The notes below the pieces were generated by a model. The model made no database searches, had not been told where the DNA came from, and saw only the letters and a program-made list of their open reading frames with translations. A program made the translations under genes and the position numbers. Below are positions 54,036 to 63,755 of a stretch of DNA of 64,000 bases, piece by piece (positions within the stretch are counted from its first letter, which is position 1; every line of letters begins with the position of its first letter). The stretch is from a bacterium (GTDB lineage Bacteria > Patescibacteriota > Patescibacteriia > Patescibacteriales > UBA12465): assembly GCA_035402825.1 (NCBI GenBank), contig DAONDZ010000001.1:108839-172838 (forward strand). Direction: 5' to 3'.

Positions 54036-54797
54036 TTATTTTACTATCTCCGCATCAATCACCTTTTCGGCTGTTAATTTGTCATTGGCTTTCTTGTGTT
54101 TCTTGAAAACAATCACTTGCTGGACGCCGGTCAAGATAGTGACAATTAACCAATAGAAGGTTAGACCGCCGGGCAGGGAAATACCAATGAAAATGGTTAG
54201 AATCGGCATCATGTAGACCATCTGCTTGTTCATAATGGCCGCCATGTCCTCATCTTTAGATCCTGCGGTTTTAACAGTCGGGCGACGAGAAAGCATCATC
54301 TTGGTCTGCCAGAACTGGGCCAAACCAGCTAAAATGGCTAAATAGATATTAACCTTGGAAAGGTCCAGAAAGCCGAAAGCCATCATGTTAATGGATTCCG
54401 GTCTGGTAATAAAAGGGTAGACTAAGTCTAATTTACTATGCAATCCGTCGCGAAAAACTTGGAAAACGGCCCACAAGAAGGGAAGTTGCAATAATACCGG
54501 GAAACAGGAAGACATCGGGTTGATTTTATGCTCCTTATAAAGAGCCATCATCGCCAAGCTCATCTGTTGCTTGTCGCCTTTATATTTAGCTTTTAAATCA
54601 TTAATCTTCGGTTGAAGATCCTGCAAAGCCTTTTGCGCTTTAATAGACTTCTGGGACAAAGGCCAAAGTAACCCTTTGATGATGATAGTCAAAAGGATAA
54701 TAGCAATACCTAGGTCATGGAAAGAAATGGTATTATATAGAAAGACTAGGAGGTTCAAAATCGGTTGATAGAAAACAACTTGAAAAATGTGGCCCAT
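54036..54797 (-). CDS. yidC: Membrane protein insertase YidC (short, Gram-positive-like form)
   Basis: LTIIIKGLLWPLSQKSIKAQKALQDLQPKINDLKAKYKGDKQ...NPMSSCFPVLLQLPFLWA, with a basic C-terminal tail. Confidence 0.88.
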   Translation of the reverse strand: MGHIFQVVFYQPILNLLVFLYNTISFHDLGIAIILLTIIIKGLLWPLSQKSIKAQKALQDLQPKINDLKAKYKGDKQQMSLAMMALYKEHKINPMSSCFPVLLQLPFLWAVFQVFRDGLHSKLDLVYPFITRPESINMMAFGFLDLSKVNIYLAILAGLAQFWQTKMMLSRRPTVKTAGSKDEDMAAIMNKQMVYMMPILTIFIGISLPGGLTFYWLIVTILTGVQQVIVFKKHKKANDKLTAEKVIDAEIVK

Positions 54798-54821
54798 AGA
54801 AATATATAAATTATTATTTAA

Positions 54822-55085
54822 TTATTTAACCGGATCATATCCGCCTTTGTTCCAAGGGTTACAACGCAAGATTCGCCAAGCAGTCATCAGTCCACCTTTA
54901 ATCACTCCGTATTTAGAAATAGCGTCCACTCCATACTGAGAACAAGTAGGAACAAAACGACAGAAGCCATGCGGGAAAGCGCCCTTCATCGGACCGTGAT
55001 CAAAGGAAAAAGTTTTTTGATAGAACTTAATAGCTCCTACTACCATCTTCCGAGGTAGATACCAGACGAAGAGAAGTCTATTCAT
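54822..55085 (-). CDS. yidD: Membrane protein insertion efficiency factor YidD
   Basis: [45 protein letters not shown]. Confidence 0.92.
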   Translation of the reverse strand: MNRLLFVWYLPRKMVVGAIKFYQKTFSFDHGPMKGAFPHGFCRFVPTCSQYGVDAISKYGVIKGGLMTAWRILRCNPWNKGGYDPVK

Positions 55086-55419
55086 AAGCTTTAATTCTTT
55101 TTAATAGGGAAGTCGCCGTCTTTTTTATTTCTTCGTAGTTTTTGGCTAATATTAGAGGAAAAGAGATAAAAACAAAATCCCAGCCAGTAACTAGATTGGG
55201 TTCTTCTTTGGAAACAATCGCCTTCAAACGCCGTTTAACTTTATTTCTCTCCACGGCTTTCTTGCTAACTTTTATTCCCACTAAAAAACCGTAGCGGTTA
55301 AAGGACAAATTATTAGGGGCTGCTTTCACCCCTAAAATTTGAGAATAGGCCGATCGGCCAGTCTTAAAAATCCGATCAAAATCATTATTCTTAGCCAAAC
55401 GATTATTCTTTTTTATCAT
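55078..55419 (-). CDS. rnpA: Ribonuclease P protein component
   Basis: [27 protein letters not shown] (RNR-type motif), with rpmH-rnpA synteny. Confidence 0.82.
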   Translation of the reverse strand: MIKKNNRLAKNNDFDRIFKTGRSAYSQILGVKAAPNNLSFNRYGFLVGIKVSKKAVERNKVKRRLKAIVSKEEPNLVTGWDFVFISFPLILAKNYEEIKKTATSLLKRIKAYE

Positions 55420-55423
55420 GCAA

Positions 55424-55564
55424 TTATTTGGTCAATTTAGCTCGGCCTCTATCACGGCGGCGCTTAATCACCTGGCGACCATCTAATGTCTGCATCCGCT
55501 TCAAAAAACCGTGCTTCTTTTTGGCTCTTTTGGCGTTAGGTTGGTAGGTTCTCTTAGTCGACAT
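55424..55564 (-). CDS. rpmH: 50S ribosomal protein L34 (46 aa; too short for the ORF track)
   Basis: My translation: [46 protein letters not shown]. Confidence 0.92.
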   Translation of the reverse strand: MSTKRTYQPNAKRAKKKHGFLKRMQTLDGRQVIKRRRDRGRAKLTK

Positions 55565-55745
55565 ATTCTTTAAAAATTAAGTGTAGTGTTTAATCAGATA
55601 TCAGATTAACATGTTTAATATCAAAGGTCAACCGAAGGTCCAGACCGGTTTTATACACAACTTATAAACATCTTATTATCCTTGTGGCTTTTCATTTAAT
55701 CTAATATAATAATGAGGATTGTTTTATAAAATTTCTTCTCAAGCT

Positions 55746-57119
55746 ATGAACAAAGACCAAATCTGGCAAGCCGTCCTAGGCGAAATAGAAATTGGATTAT
55801 CCAAGGCTAATTTTATCACTTGGTTCAAGGATACTTTTATTTCCCATTTAGAAAATGGCCAAGTGGTCATCGGCGTCCCCAGTGAATTTGTGCGACGCTG
55901 GCTAGAAAATAAATTTTATAAAATCATCAAGTCCTCATTAGAAAAAATCACCGGCGAAAAAATCACCGAGGTAAAATACCAGGTAGAACTCAGACGCAAA
56001 GAAGAAGTTAAACCGGCACCACGCCACAATCAAGAGGCAAGCGAAAGCAAAGAAGAAGGGGAGAACGAAAAACCAGCCGGAGAGATGCCGGTCATTAACC
56101 GTTTCGGATTAAACAGCAAATACATCTTTGAGAGCTTCATCGTCGGCCGTGGCAATGAGTTGGCTCACGCCGCTTGTCGAGCGGTAGTCAAAAATCCGGG
56201 CAAGGTTTATAACCCTCTTTTTATCTACGGCGGGGTGGGGCTAGGGAAGACTCATTTGCTGCAAGCCATTGGCAATGAACTAAGCAAGACTAGCACCAAG
56301 ATTCTCTATACCACCAGCGAAAATTTCACCAATAACTATGTTCAAGCCGTGAGATCCGGCAAAGGCAAAGAGTTTAAAAACATGTACCGCAACGTTGATC
56401 TTCTTTTAGTGGATGATGTCCAATTCATGGGCGGCAAAGACGGCACCCAAGAAGAGTTTTTTCATACCTTCAATGAGTTGCATCAAGGCAACAAACAAAT
56501 AGTTCTGACCTCTGATCGTCCGCCGAAATCTATACCGGCCATTGAAGATCGCCTCATCTCCCGTTTTGAATGTGGTATGGTAGTTGATGTCGGCCGGCCG
56601 GATGTAGAAACCAAATTGGCTATTTTAGAAAAAAAGGCCACCGAAAAGAACTACATCATGGACCAAGAGGTCTTGATGTATGTGGCCAACAATATTCAGA
56701 ACAATATCCGAGAGTTGGAAGGCGCCCTAAACAAGGTAATCGCTTATCATGAGTTTAATAACACTGCTCCAAATATTAAATCGGTTAAAGACTTGCTTAG
56801 CGACCTAACCCTGGAAACTCGCACCAAATCGCTGTCACCGCGCGATGTTATTGATATTGTCGCTAAATATTATAATATCAGCTCCAAAGAATTAATGAGC
56901 GGCAGCCGCAAAAAGGAGCTGGTTAATCCCCGTCAAATTTCTATCTACTTAATTAGAGAAGAGTTAAGCACTTCCTATCCGACCATCGGCCAAGAATTAG
57001 GCGGCCGCGATCACACCACTGCCATGCATGCTTATAATAAAGTAGCTAGAGAAATAGAGAGCAATGAAAAGTTGAGCCAGGAAATAAATTCCATCAAACA
57101 ACTTTTCTATAGCCTTTAG
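55746..57119 (+). CDS. dnaA: Chromosomal replication initiator DnaA
   Basis: NPLFIYGGVGLGKTHLLQAIGN, DLLLVDDVQF, LVLTSDRPP, and C-terminal RDHTTAMHAYNKV. The track start at 55719 is a TTG; I use ATG 55746 (MNKDQIWQAVLGEIE). Confidence 0.95.
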   Translation: MNKDQIWQAVLGEIEIGLSKANFITWFKDTFISHLENGQVVIGVPSEFVRRWLENKFYKIIKSSLEKITGEKITEVKYQVELRRKEEVKPAPRHNQEASESKEEGENEKPAGEMPVINRFGLNSKYIFESFIVGRGNELAHAACRAVVKNPGKVYNPLFIYGGVGLGKTHLLQAIGNELSKTSTKILYTTSENFTNNYVQAVRSGKGKEFKNMYRNVDLLLVDDVQFMGGKDGTQEEFFHTFNELHQGNKQIVLTSDRPPKSIPAIEDRLISRFECGMVVDVGRPDVETKLAILEKKATEKNYIMDQEVLMYVANNIQNNIRELEGALNKVIAYHEFNNTAPNIKSVKDLLSDLTLETRTKSLSPRDVIDIVAKYYNISSKELMSGSRKKELVNPRQISIYLIREELSTSYPTIGQELGGRDHTTAMHAYNKVAREIESNEKLSQEINSIKQLFYSL

Positions 57120-57381
57120 GCTTGTTAATTAATTGTTGAATACCCCGCTTTTGATGGGGGATAACCCTGGGGATTATTTTTCGCTAAATGTGGATAAAAC
57201 CAACTTTCCCGACTTACTCACAATTCACGAATTTTTATCCACCTCAAACCCAACAGTTTTTAAACAGCTAAATTTGAAAAAATAACAATAAAAATAGGGC
57301 AATCTCCGTTTTAGCCTAGTTATCCACCCGCTTACTATTACTATTAGTTATATATATTATATATTAAAATACTAATACAAC
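57120..57381. other. Probable oriC (dnaA-dnaN intergenic region)
   Basis: Perfect DnaA box TGTGGATAA (57189-57197, reverse orientation). Two TTATCCACC boxes (57235-57243, 57320-57328). Weaker GGGGATAAC (57157-57165). An AT-only stretch TTATATATATTATATATTAAAATACTAATAC (about 57348-57378) is a candidate unwinding element. Confidence 0.7.
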
Positions 57382-58518
57382 ATGCCTATGAAATTCATCG
57401 GGCTACAAGATAATTTAAAAAATGCACTGGCCATAGTCAGTCATGTGGTGAGCAAGAATATCAACTTGCCAATTCTTAATAATGTCTTGTTTAAAATTGA
57501 CAAAGGGCAGATAGAACTTTCGGCCACCAACCTAGAAATCGGTATCACCCATCAAATGCGGGGCAAGGTGGATGCGGAAGGCGCTTTTGCCGTAGACTCT
57601 CGGGTGATCACTGATTATATTAACCTCTTGCCCAGTGAAAAAGTGGAGTTTGAGCAGAAGGACAATGAAATAAAGATTAAATGCGAAAACTATAAAACTA
57701 AAATTAAGATTCAGCCAGCTCAAGACTTCCCGTTACTCCCCGTCGTCAATAAAGAAAAAGGATTCTCAGTGGGCATGGAAGACTTAAAAAGAGCTTTGGG
57801 GCAAGTGGTCTTCGCGGTTTCCAATAGCGAGACTAGAGTGGAGTTGTCCGGCGTCTTGTTTTGGTTCTCCCGCGACAAAATTACTTTAGTTGGCACCGAT
57901 AGCTATCGTCTGGCTGAAAAAGAAATTAAGGCTAAGGCTAATTATGACCCAGGCGATTTGAAAGTTATTGTGCCTTCTCGAACGCTATTGGAATTGGTCC
58001 GTGTCTTGTCGTCAATTAAACCGGAGGATCAGTTGGAAAGCGGGGCGGAAATAAAAATATCTTTATCAGAAAATCAGATTCTATTCTCTTTTGGTTCCAC
58101 AGAGCTAGTCTCCCGTCTTATCAGCGGCAACTATCCTGATTATAAACAGATTATTCCCGGCAAGTTCCAGTCTAGCGTGCTCTTGTCTCGCGATGAGTTT
58201 GTGCGAGCGGTAAAAGCTTCGGCTATTTTCGCTAAGGCCGGAGTTAACGATATTAACCTAACCATGAAAGCTAAAGAAAAAAAGCTTTTGATTTCTTCAG
58301 CCTCGGCTCAAGTGGGGGAGAGCTCCATAGAATTAGAGGGCGAGTTTAGTGGCGAGGATAATGATATCATTATTAACTACCGCTATCTGTTGGATGGGTT
58401 GAGTAATGTGGAGGGGCCGAGGATAAAGCTGGAATTAATAAACGGCCAAACCCCTTGCTTGATTAAGTCGGAAGCTAATAACCAATATATTTATATCGTG
58501 ATGCCGATTCGACAATAA
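57382..58518 (+). CDS. dnaN: DNA polymerase III beta sliding clamp
   Basis: 378 aa with the family layout (LELSATNLEIGI, VGTDSYRLAE, LISGNYPDYKQIIP, MPIR C-terminus), directly after dnaA. Confidence 0.92.
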   Translation: MPMKFIGLQDNLKNALAIVSHVVSKNINLPILNNVLFKIDKGQIELSATNLEIGITHQMRGKVDAEGAFAVDSRVITDYINLLPSEKVEFEQKDNEIKIKCENYKTKIKIQPAQDFPLLPVVNKEKGFSVGMEDLKRALGQVVFAVSNSETRVELSGVLFWFSRDKITLVGTDSYRLAEKEIKAKANYDPGDLKVIVPSRTLLELVRVLSSIKPEDQLESGAEIKISLSENQILFSFGSTELVSRLISGNYPDYKQIIPGKFQSSVLLSRDEFVRAVKASAIFAKAGVNDINLTMKAKEKKLLISSASAQVGESSIELEGEFSGEDNDIIINYRYLLDGLSNVEGPRIKLELINGQTPCLIKSEANNQYIYIVMPIRQ

Positions 58519-58545
58519 AATTTTAGGAGTTTAAAATAACAAAAA

Positions 58546-58575
58546 AGAGAGGAGTGATCCCTCTCTTTTGTTTTT
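58546..58575. terminator. Bidirectional terminator between dnaN and the PBP gene
   Basis: AGAGAGG / CCTCTCT stem with a 7-nt loop, A-run before and TTTTGTTTTT after. Confidence 0.65.
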
Positions 58576-58578
58576 GGT

Positions 58579-61140
58579 CTATTTCTCAAAGTTAATGGTT
58601 TTTATTTCGCAGTTAAATCCATCGCAGACCTTAACGCTTAATTCGTGCGGGCCAGCTTCTAATTGGCTGATGTCATATTCCAAATCATAGGGGGTGGTAG
58701 CTTTCTTGCTTACTGATTTATTGTCTATTAAATATTCTACCTCCACATCCCCAATCGCCGAGAGAATTACCACGGCGCTTTTTAATTCATCACCGCTCAC
58801 CACTTCTCCGGGCTGCGGCTGGGTGATGTTGAAACGGGGCTTGTTGGCCGGGTTGTTGATAATAGCGCCCAGTCTTTCATCTTGGACATAGAGATTATTT
58901 TTCTTGGCCCAAGCAATAACCCGACTTTCCCAAAGATTAAATTGAGGATCGTTTTCCGGATGAGCCGGTACTGGGCCCAGAGGATTATCTTTGTCTACAT
59001 AATACAATATACAATGCGGTTCGCTATAAGAAATTTCTTCAATTAATTCTGGCGGAGTTGTTTCATCAGCTAATAGTCCGGTCTCCTTGTTAATCCGAAT
59101 GGTCTTATTAACGCCTAGGCGCCCGTCTATGACCGCTTTGCCGGTAATAAGGTCTCCTGGGTCATTAAAGCTCTCGGCCGGCGTCCCAGACAAAGCCTTG
59201 GCCATATAGTCATGCCAAATCGGAGCGGCGATCACGCTGCCGTCAGCGCCTCTTTTCATTTCTTTGCTGTTGTTGTTTCCCACCCAGACTCCGGTAACTA
59301 GAGAAGGAGTGTATCCCACTGTCCAAGCGTCTTTGTAGTCATTAGTGGTTCCGGTTTTGGCGGCCACTGGTCTATCGGAAAGAGTGAGATAATTTTGGGC
59401 GCCGAAAATAAAGGAACGGGCATTGTTGTCGGACAAGATGCTGTTTATCATCTGAGCGGTTTTAGAAGGCAAAGCATTTTTGCTTTCATCTTTGTATTCT
59501 TCTAACACCTTGCCGTCTTTATCCTCCACTTTTAAAATGGAAGCGACTTGATGAATTTCACCATCGCGGGCAAAAGCACCGAAAGCATTGGCATGTTCCA
59601 GAAGCTCCACTTCGCCGCCGCCTAACACCAAAGACAAGCCATAGCGATCAGGATCACCGAGAGAAGTATAGCCTAATTCTTTGGAGAGATCAGAAACGTT
59701 TTTCATGCCCGCTAAATATAGTGCCTTCACGGCAGGAACGTTTAATGATCCGGCTAAAGCCTGGCGAATAGAAACCGGGCCATGCTCTCTGAGGTCATAG
59801 TTGCGAGGTTCATAAGGGGTGCCGCCAGCCGAGAAGTTGGTGACTACATCATAGAGAATAGTGTTGGGGGTATATCCTTTGTTAAATAGGGTGGCGTAGA
59901 CTAAGGGCTTAATTGAAGACCCTGGTTGTCGCAGTGAAGTCACTACATTAACCTGGCCGTCAATATCGTCGTTAAAATAATCCCGGGAACCGACCATGGC
60001 TAGAATCTGTCCGGTCTTGGGATCAATAGATACTAAGGCGGCGTTGTTAGCATTATATTTCTCCGGATAGTTGGCGGTCTTTTCTTTAATTACTTCTTCG
60101 GCGATTTTCTGTTTTTCAAAATCAAGCGTGGTATATATTTTTAACCCGCCTTGTTCCACCATTTTTTCGCCATATTTTTCTGCCAGCAGGGCTTTGACGT
60201 ACAAAACAAAATGCGGAGCGAAGAAGCCGCTGTCAGGAGTGACAAATTTTAGTTGGTAGTTTTTCGCTTCTTCTTTTTGAGCTGAAGAAATATATCCTTG
60301 TTCTTCCATCAAATCCAAAACATATTGTTGCCGCTTAATGAGAATATCTTTGTTCGGGCCATAGGGAGAATAACGGCTGGGAGCTTGAGTGATAGCGGCT
60401 AAAATAGCGGCTTCGGCTAAATTAATATCTTTGACATGCTTGCCAAAGTATTTTTGGCTGGCAGCTTCCACGCCATAGGCATTAGAGCCATAAGGGATTT
60501 CATTAAGATACATCTGTAATATTTCATCTTTGCTGAATTTTTTTTCTAATCTCTGAGCCATCACCATCTCTTTAATTTTTCTGGTAATGGTTTTTTCCGG
60601 AGAGAGTACGGCGTTTTTGATAAACTGCTGAGTGAGAGTGGAGCCGCCGGCGCTGCGATTAAAAAGCACATTGGTAATGGCAGTGCGCGCCATGGCCCAA
60701 ATGCTGATGCCGCCGTGTTTATAGAAGTTCTTGTCTTCAATAGCAATAGTGGCTTGTTTCACGTATTCCGGAATCTCATTCAACGGTACTAGGGTTCGTT
60801 TCTGATCGCCGCTCACTTCATAGAGCAGGTTCTCACCGGTGCGGTCATAGATTTTAGTGCTTTGAGCTATCTCTCTTTCAATTAAATGATTCGGATCCGG
60901 CAATTGGCGGGTGATAATAAAAACATAGATAGCAAAAATAAGCACGAAAGCGATGCCGAGCTTGATGATTAGCTTAATAATTCTTTTTTTGTCCCAGTCT
61001 TCCGGCAACTTGGCCTTTTGGGCTAGGGCGCTAGAAACCACTCTCTTTTTAGCTACTACTAAGCGGCGTTTGATGTTCTTTTTGGCCGCATAATACTTGG
61101 CGCTTCGCCCATTTGAGGGCTTAATGTATGATATAGGCAT
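58579..61140 (-). CDS. Class A penicillin-binding protein (glycosyltransferase + transpeptidase) with C-terminal extra domain
   Basis: EDKNFYKHGG, GGSTLTQQFIKN, RKIKE (GT51). PGSSIKP (SxxK), SLN, KTGTTND (transpeptidase). Start set at ATG 61140 because 61144-61214 is a tRNA. Confidence 0.9.
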   Translation of the reverse strand: MPISYIKPSNGRSAKYYAAKKNIKRRLVVAKKRVVSSALAQKAKLPEDWDKKRIIKLIIKLGIAFVLIFAIYVFIITRQLPDPNHLIEREIAQSTKIYDRTGENLLYEVSGDQKRTLVPLNEIPEYVKQATIAIEDKNFYKHGGISIWAMARTAITNVLFNRSAGGSTLTQQFIKNAVLSPEKTITRKIKEMVMAQRLEKKFSKDEILQMYLNEIPYGSNAYGVEAASQKYFGKHVKDINLAEAAILAAITQAPSRYSPYGPNKDILIKRQQYVLDLMEEQGYISSAQKEEAKNYQLKFVTPDSGFFAPHFVLYVKALLAEKYGEKMVEQGGLKIYTTLDFEKQKIAEEVIKEKTANYPEKYNANNAALVSIDPKTGQILAMVGSRDYFNDDIDGQVNVVTSLRQPGSSIKPLVYATLFNKGYTPNTILYDVVTNFSAGGTPYEPRNYDLREHGPVSIRQALAGSLNVPAVKALYLAGMKNVSDLSKELGYTSLGDPDRYGLSLVLGGGEVELLEHANAFGAFARDGEIHQVASILKVEDKDGKVLEEYKDESKNALPSKTAQMINSILSDNNARSFIFGAQNYLTLSDRPVAAKTGTTNDYKDAWTVGYTPSLVTGVWVGNNNSKEMKRGADGSVIAAPIWHDYMAKALSGTPAESFNDPGDLITGKAVIDGRLGVNKTIRINKETGLLADETTPPELIEEISYSEPHCILYYVDKDNPLGPVPAHPENDPQFNLWESRVIAWAKKNNLYVQDERLGAIINNPANKPRFNITQPQPGEVVSGDELKSAVVILSAIGDVEVEYLIDNKSVSKKATTPYDLEYDISQLEAGPHELSVKVCDGFNCEIKTINFEK

Positions 61141-61143
61141 ATG

Positions 61144-61214
61144 TCGGGCTGCCCGGAATCGGACCGGGACTACATGCACCCCATGCACGCGTACTACCAC
61201 TATACTACAGCCCG
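61144..61214 (-). tRNA. tRNA-Pro (anticodon GGG) with non-canonical T-loop
   Basis: CGGGCTG/CAGCCCG acceptor, D arm GTAT-AGTGGTA-GTAC, anticodon arm CGTGC-ATGGGGT-GCATG, T arm CCCGG-TCCGATT-CCGGG (TCC where TTC is expected). Confidence 0.7.
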
Positions 61215-61280
61215 TATTTGTGTTTTGACTATAATTATATTACAATAAAAACATAATAAAAACAAATAAAACTAAGATAT

Positions 61281-62273
61281 ATGACTCAGAAACCAATGCT
61301 TTTTTCAGGGGTTCAGCCTTCCGGCAATCTTCATTTAGGCAATTATTTAGGCGCTATCAGCCAATGGCTGGAGATGCAGGCCGATTATACCTGTCTCTTC
61401 TCGATTGTCAACTATCATAGTATTACCGTTTCTCAAAATCCTCAAGAGCTGGCTAAGAAAACTTTAGAGCTAGCCAAGATCTATTTAGCTAGTGGTTTAG
61501 ATCCTAAGAAAACTATTATCTTCACTCAATCCGATGTTTCCGAGCATACGGAACTGGCCTGGATTTTGAATTGTACCAGCACCCGAATTTCTGACCTCAA
61601 GAAGATGACTCAGTTTAAGGACAAGTCCCAAAAAGACGGCGGTGAAAATGTTAGTGTCGGATTGCTAGACTACCCCGTGCTCATGGCCGCTGATATTTTG
61701 TTGTATAACACCAATGTGGTGCCGGTGGGTGATGATCAATTGCAACACGTGGAATTAGCCCGCACGCTAGCGCGTCGCTTCAACCAGCAATATGGCGAAG
61801 TCTTTGTAGTACCGGAAGCTAAAATTAGAAAGACCGGAGCACGAATTATGGGGCTAGATGATCCGACTAAAAAGATGAGCAAGTCTGCCGCCAGTCCGGC
61901 TAACTATATTGCCCTCACAGATTCTCCGGAAATAATTACCAAAAAAATTATGCGCGCCGTGACCGATTCCGACGGTCAGGTAAAATACGATGAGAAAAAT
62001 AAGCCGGCCATCTCCAACCTCCTCACTATCTATCACTTAGTCTCCGGCCAGAGCATCAAAGATTTGGAAAAGAAATATGCTGGTTTGGGCTATGGTGATT
62101 TCAAAAAAGATTTAGCAGCGGCAGTTATTAATTTCTTGGCTGATTTTCAGAAAAAATATAGAGAAATTAGTGATCGTCAGGTTTTGCAGATACTAAAAAC
62201 CGGTGCTCAGAGAGCCCGGAAGATAGCGGCTAAAACCATGGAGAAAGTTAGAAAAGAAGTGGGGATTATTTAA
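61281..62273 (+). CDS. trpS: Tryptophan--tRNA ligase
   Basis: FSGVQPSGNLHLGNYLG (HIGH-type), GDDQLQHVELARTLARRFN, KMSKS. Confidence 0.95.
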   Translation: MTQKPMLFSGVQPSGNLHLGNYLGAISQWLEMQADYTCLFSIVNYHSITVSQNPQELAKKTLELAKIYLASGLDPKKTIIFTQSDVSEHTELAWILNCTSTRISDLKKMTQFKDKSQKDGGENVSVGLLDYPVLMAADILLYNTNVVPVGDDQLQHVELARTLARRFNQQYGEVFVVPEAKIRKTGARIMGLDDPTKKMSKSAASPANYIALTDSPEIITKKIMRAVTDSDGQVKYDEKNKPAISNLLTIYHLVSGQSIKDLEKKYAGLGYGDFKKDLAAAVINFLADFQKKYREISDRQVLQILKTGAQRARKIAAKTMEKVRKEVGII

Positions 62274-63435
62274 TCAAGCGCAAAATTACTATCTCACGCC
62301 ACACCTTTTGGCCGACTCGGCCATAGATCAAGGTGGGGCGTTTTGTTATATTATTTTCTTTTTCGGCCGGCACAATTCTCCAATCGGAAAAGCTGGGGTT
62401 GAGTTTGGCTATCGGCCGCGATTTCATAAAAACCGGCCAGAGCATTACCACGGTGCCGTTGGGTTTAATTATTTTTTTTAATTCTTTGAGCGTCTGAGCA
62501 TAGAGGTGGTTGAGCTCGGTAATTATTTTAGGTAAATTGTCTTGATTGCGTGATGGGCCGAGATAGGGCTCGGTGATAACAGCGTCAACGCTTTTGGGTT
62601 TTAACCAACTAGAAATTTCCGTAGCGCTGATTTTTTTTAATTCAATATTGTCCGTCTTAAGATTTAATTTTTCACCTAGCCAGTGGAGATTGGTTTTGGT
62701 GTCGGAAATAGCTTTGTCGGAAAGATCGCTGCCGGATATTTTTTGATATCCCATTAGCCTCGCCTCGGCTAATATGGTGCCGGAACCGCAGAAGGGGTCT
62801 AATAGGGAAGCGGATAAGTCTTGGCCGGCTAAGTTAATCATGATTTGAGCCAATTTCGGCGGCAGCATGCCGGAGAGGTCGTCTCGTCCCGGGCGGCCAT
62901 AGTCGCGGAAAGATAATTCTTTAAACAATTGGACAGCTAGGGTTCGGCCGATGAGGGTCTTGTTCTTCTCGTTAATCAAAAGAATTTCCGCCCCTTTGTC
63001 TAAGAGGTGATTTTGTTCCACTACCACGCTGGACAAAGTGGCTTCGCGGCTAATAACCCAGCGGGCGCTGGTCCCCACTTCTTTCAACTCTTTCTTGGTT
63101 TCCATGCCTAAAACTTTGATATTCCATCTTTTTAAGCCATATTCGGAAAAGCCATAGGGGAACTTGCCCTCAGCCATTTCAGCCTTGGGTCGGATTTCTT
63201 TGGCAATGGCATCTAAGACGCTATTTAGCCGCGGAGTGTTAATTTCAGCGGTTATCAGCCCGAATTTAATGGTTCCCCCCAGTCTTTTGATGATTTCTCG
63301 GGGGTTAATGCTTTCCGGGCTATCCAGTATCAACAGGTTGTCCACTGGCTTAAAAACCGGCAATTTGGGGAATATTGCCTTTATTTCCGCAGTGGAGATG
63401 TCGGGGTGAGAACCGAGGACAAAGAAGTATTTCAT
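62266..63435 (-). CDS. RNA (guanine-N2/adenine-N6 type) methyltransferase, Trm11/Trm14/UPF0020-like
   Basis: LPPKLAQIMINLA, LLDPFCGSGTILAEA (SAM motif I), AVITEPYLGP (motif IV, NPPY-like). The N-terminal roughly 170 aa may be a THUMP-like RNA-binding region. Confidence 0.6.
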   Translation of the reverse strand: MKYFFVLGSHPDISTAEIKAIFPKLPVFKPVDNLLILDSPESINPREIIKRLGGTIKFGLITAEINTPRLNSVLDAIAKEIRPKAEMAEGKFPYGFSEYGLKRWNIKVLGMETKKELKEVGTSARWVISREATLSSVVVEQNHLLDKGAEILLINEKNKTLIGRTLAVQLFKELSFRDYGRPGRDDLSGMLPPKLAQIMINLAGQDLSASLLDPFCGSGTILAEARLMGYQKISGSDLSDKAISDTKTNLHWLGEKLNLKTDNIELKKISATEISSWLKPKSVDAVITEPYLGPSRNQDNLPKIITELNHLYAQTLKELKKIIKPNGTVVMLWPVFMKSRPIAKLNPSFSDWRIVPAEKENNITKRPTLIYGRVGQKVWREIVILRLIK

Positions 63436-63439
63436 AGGG

Positions 63440-63697
63440 TTAAAATTTAAATAATTTTTGAATTTTCTTTATTTCATCTAATAATGGGTAGTCTTTATTA
63501 AGCTTAAAATACTTCTGCCGGCCTTCAACTTCGGAGAAAAGGATCTTTTCCTCTTCCATTTCCATTAGTTTCTTGGATAAATTGCCCGGATCCATTTTTA
63601 GGGTGCGCGCTAAACTAGAGAGATAGCAACGGCTATCGGGGTTGAGGAAGAAGTAGTTTAGCACTCTATTAATAGTGTTGGATCTTAAATCTAGCAT
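63440..63697 (-). CDS. Small winged-helix transcriptional regulator (85 aa)
   Basis: YLSSLARTLKMDPGNLSKKLMEMEEEKILFSEVEGRQKYFKLN fits helix-turn-helix plus wing. Palindromes lie in its upstream region. Confidence 0.5.
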   Translation of the reverse strand: MLDLRSNTINRVLNYFFLNPDSRCYLSSLARTLKMDPGNLSKKLMEMEEEKILFSEVEGRQKYFKLNKDYPLLDEIKKIQKLFKF

Positions 63698-63723
63698 ATA
63701 TTTTGTATTTAATTACAAAATAT
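63698..63723. promoter_or_regulatory. Perfect 10-bp inverted repeat abutting the regulator start codon (candidate operator)
   Basis: ATATTTTGTA-TTTAAT-TACAAAATAT (63698-63723). A second palindrome GTCAATATATTGAC sits at 63747-63760. Confidence 0.4.
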
Positions 63724-63755
63724 ATTGTAGCTTATTACAAAACATAGTCAATATA

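Noticed and set aside
53965-54156. A 63-aa plus-strand ORF after the DAGK-like gene.
   Set aside because: It overlaps the 3' end of yidC on the opposite strand and is hydrophobic low-complexity mirror sequence.
61141-61200. A 5' extension of the PBP ORF (track start 61200, MVVRVHGVHVVPVRFRAARH).
   Set aside because: This stretch folds as tRNA-Pro(GGG). The extension starts at a GTG and is an artefact of the tRNA lacking stop codons in that frame.
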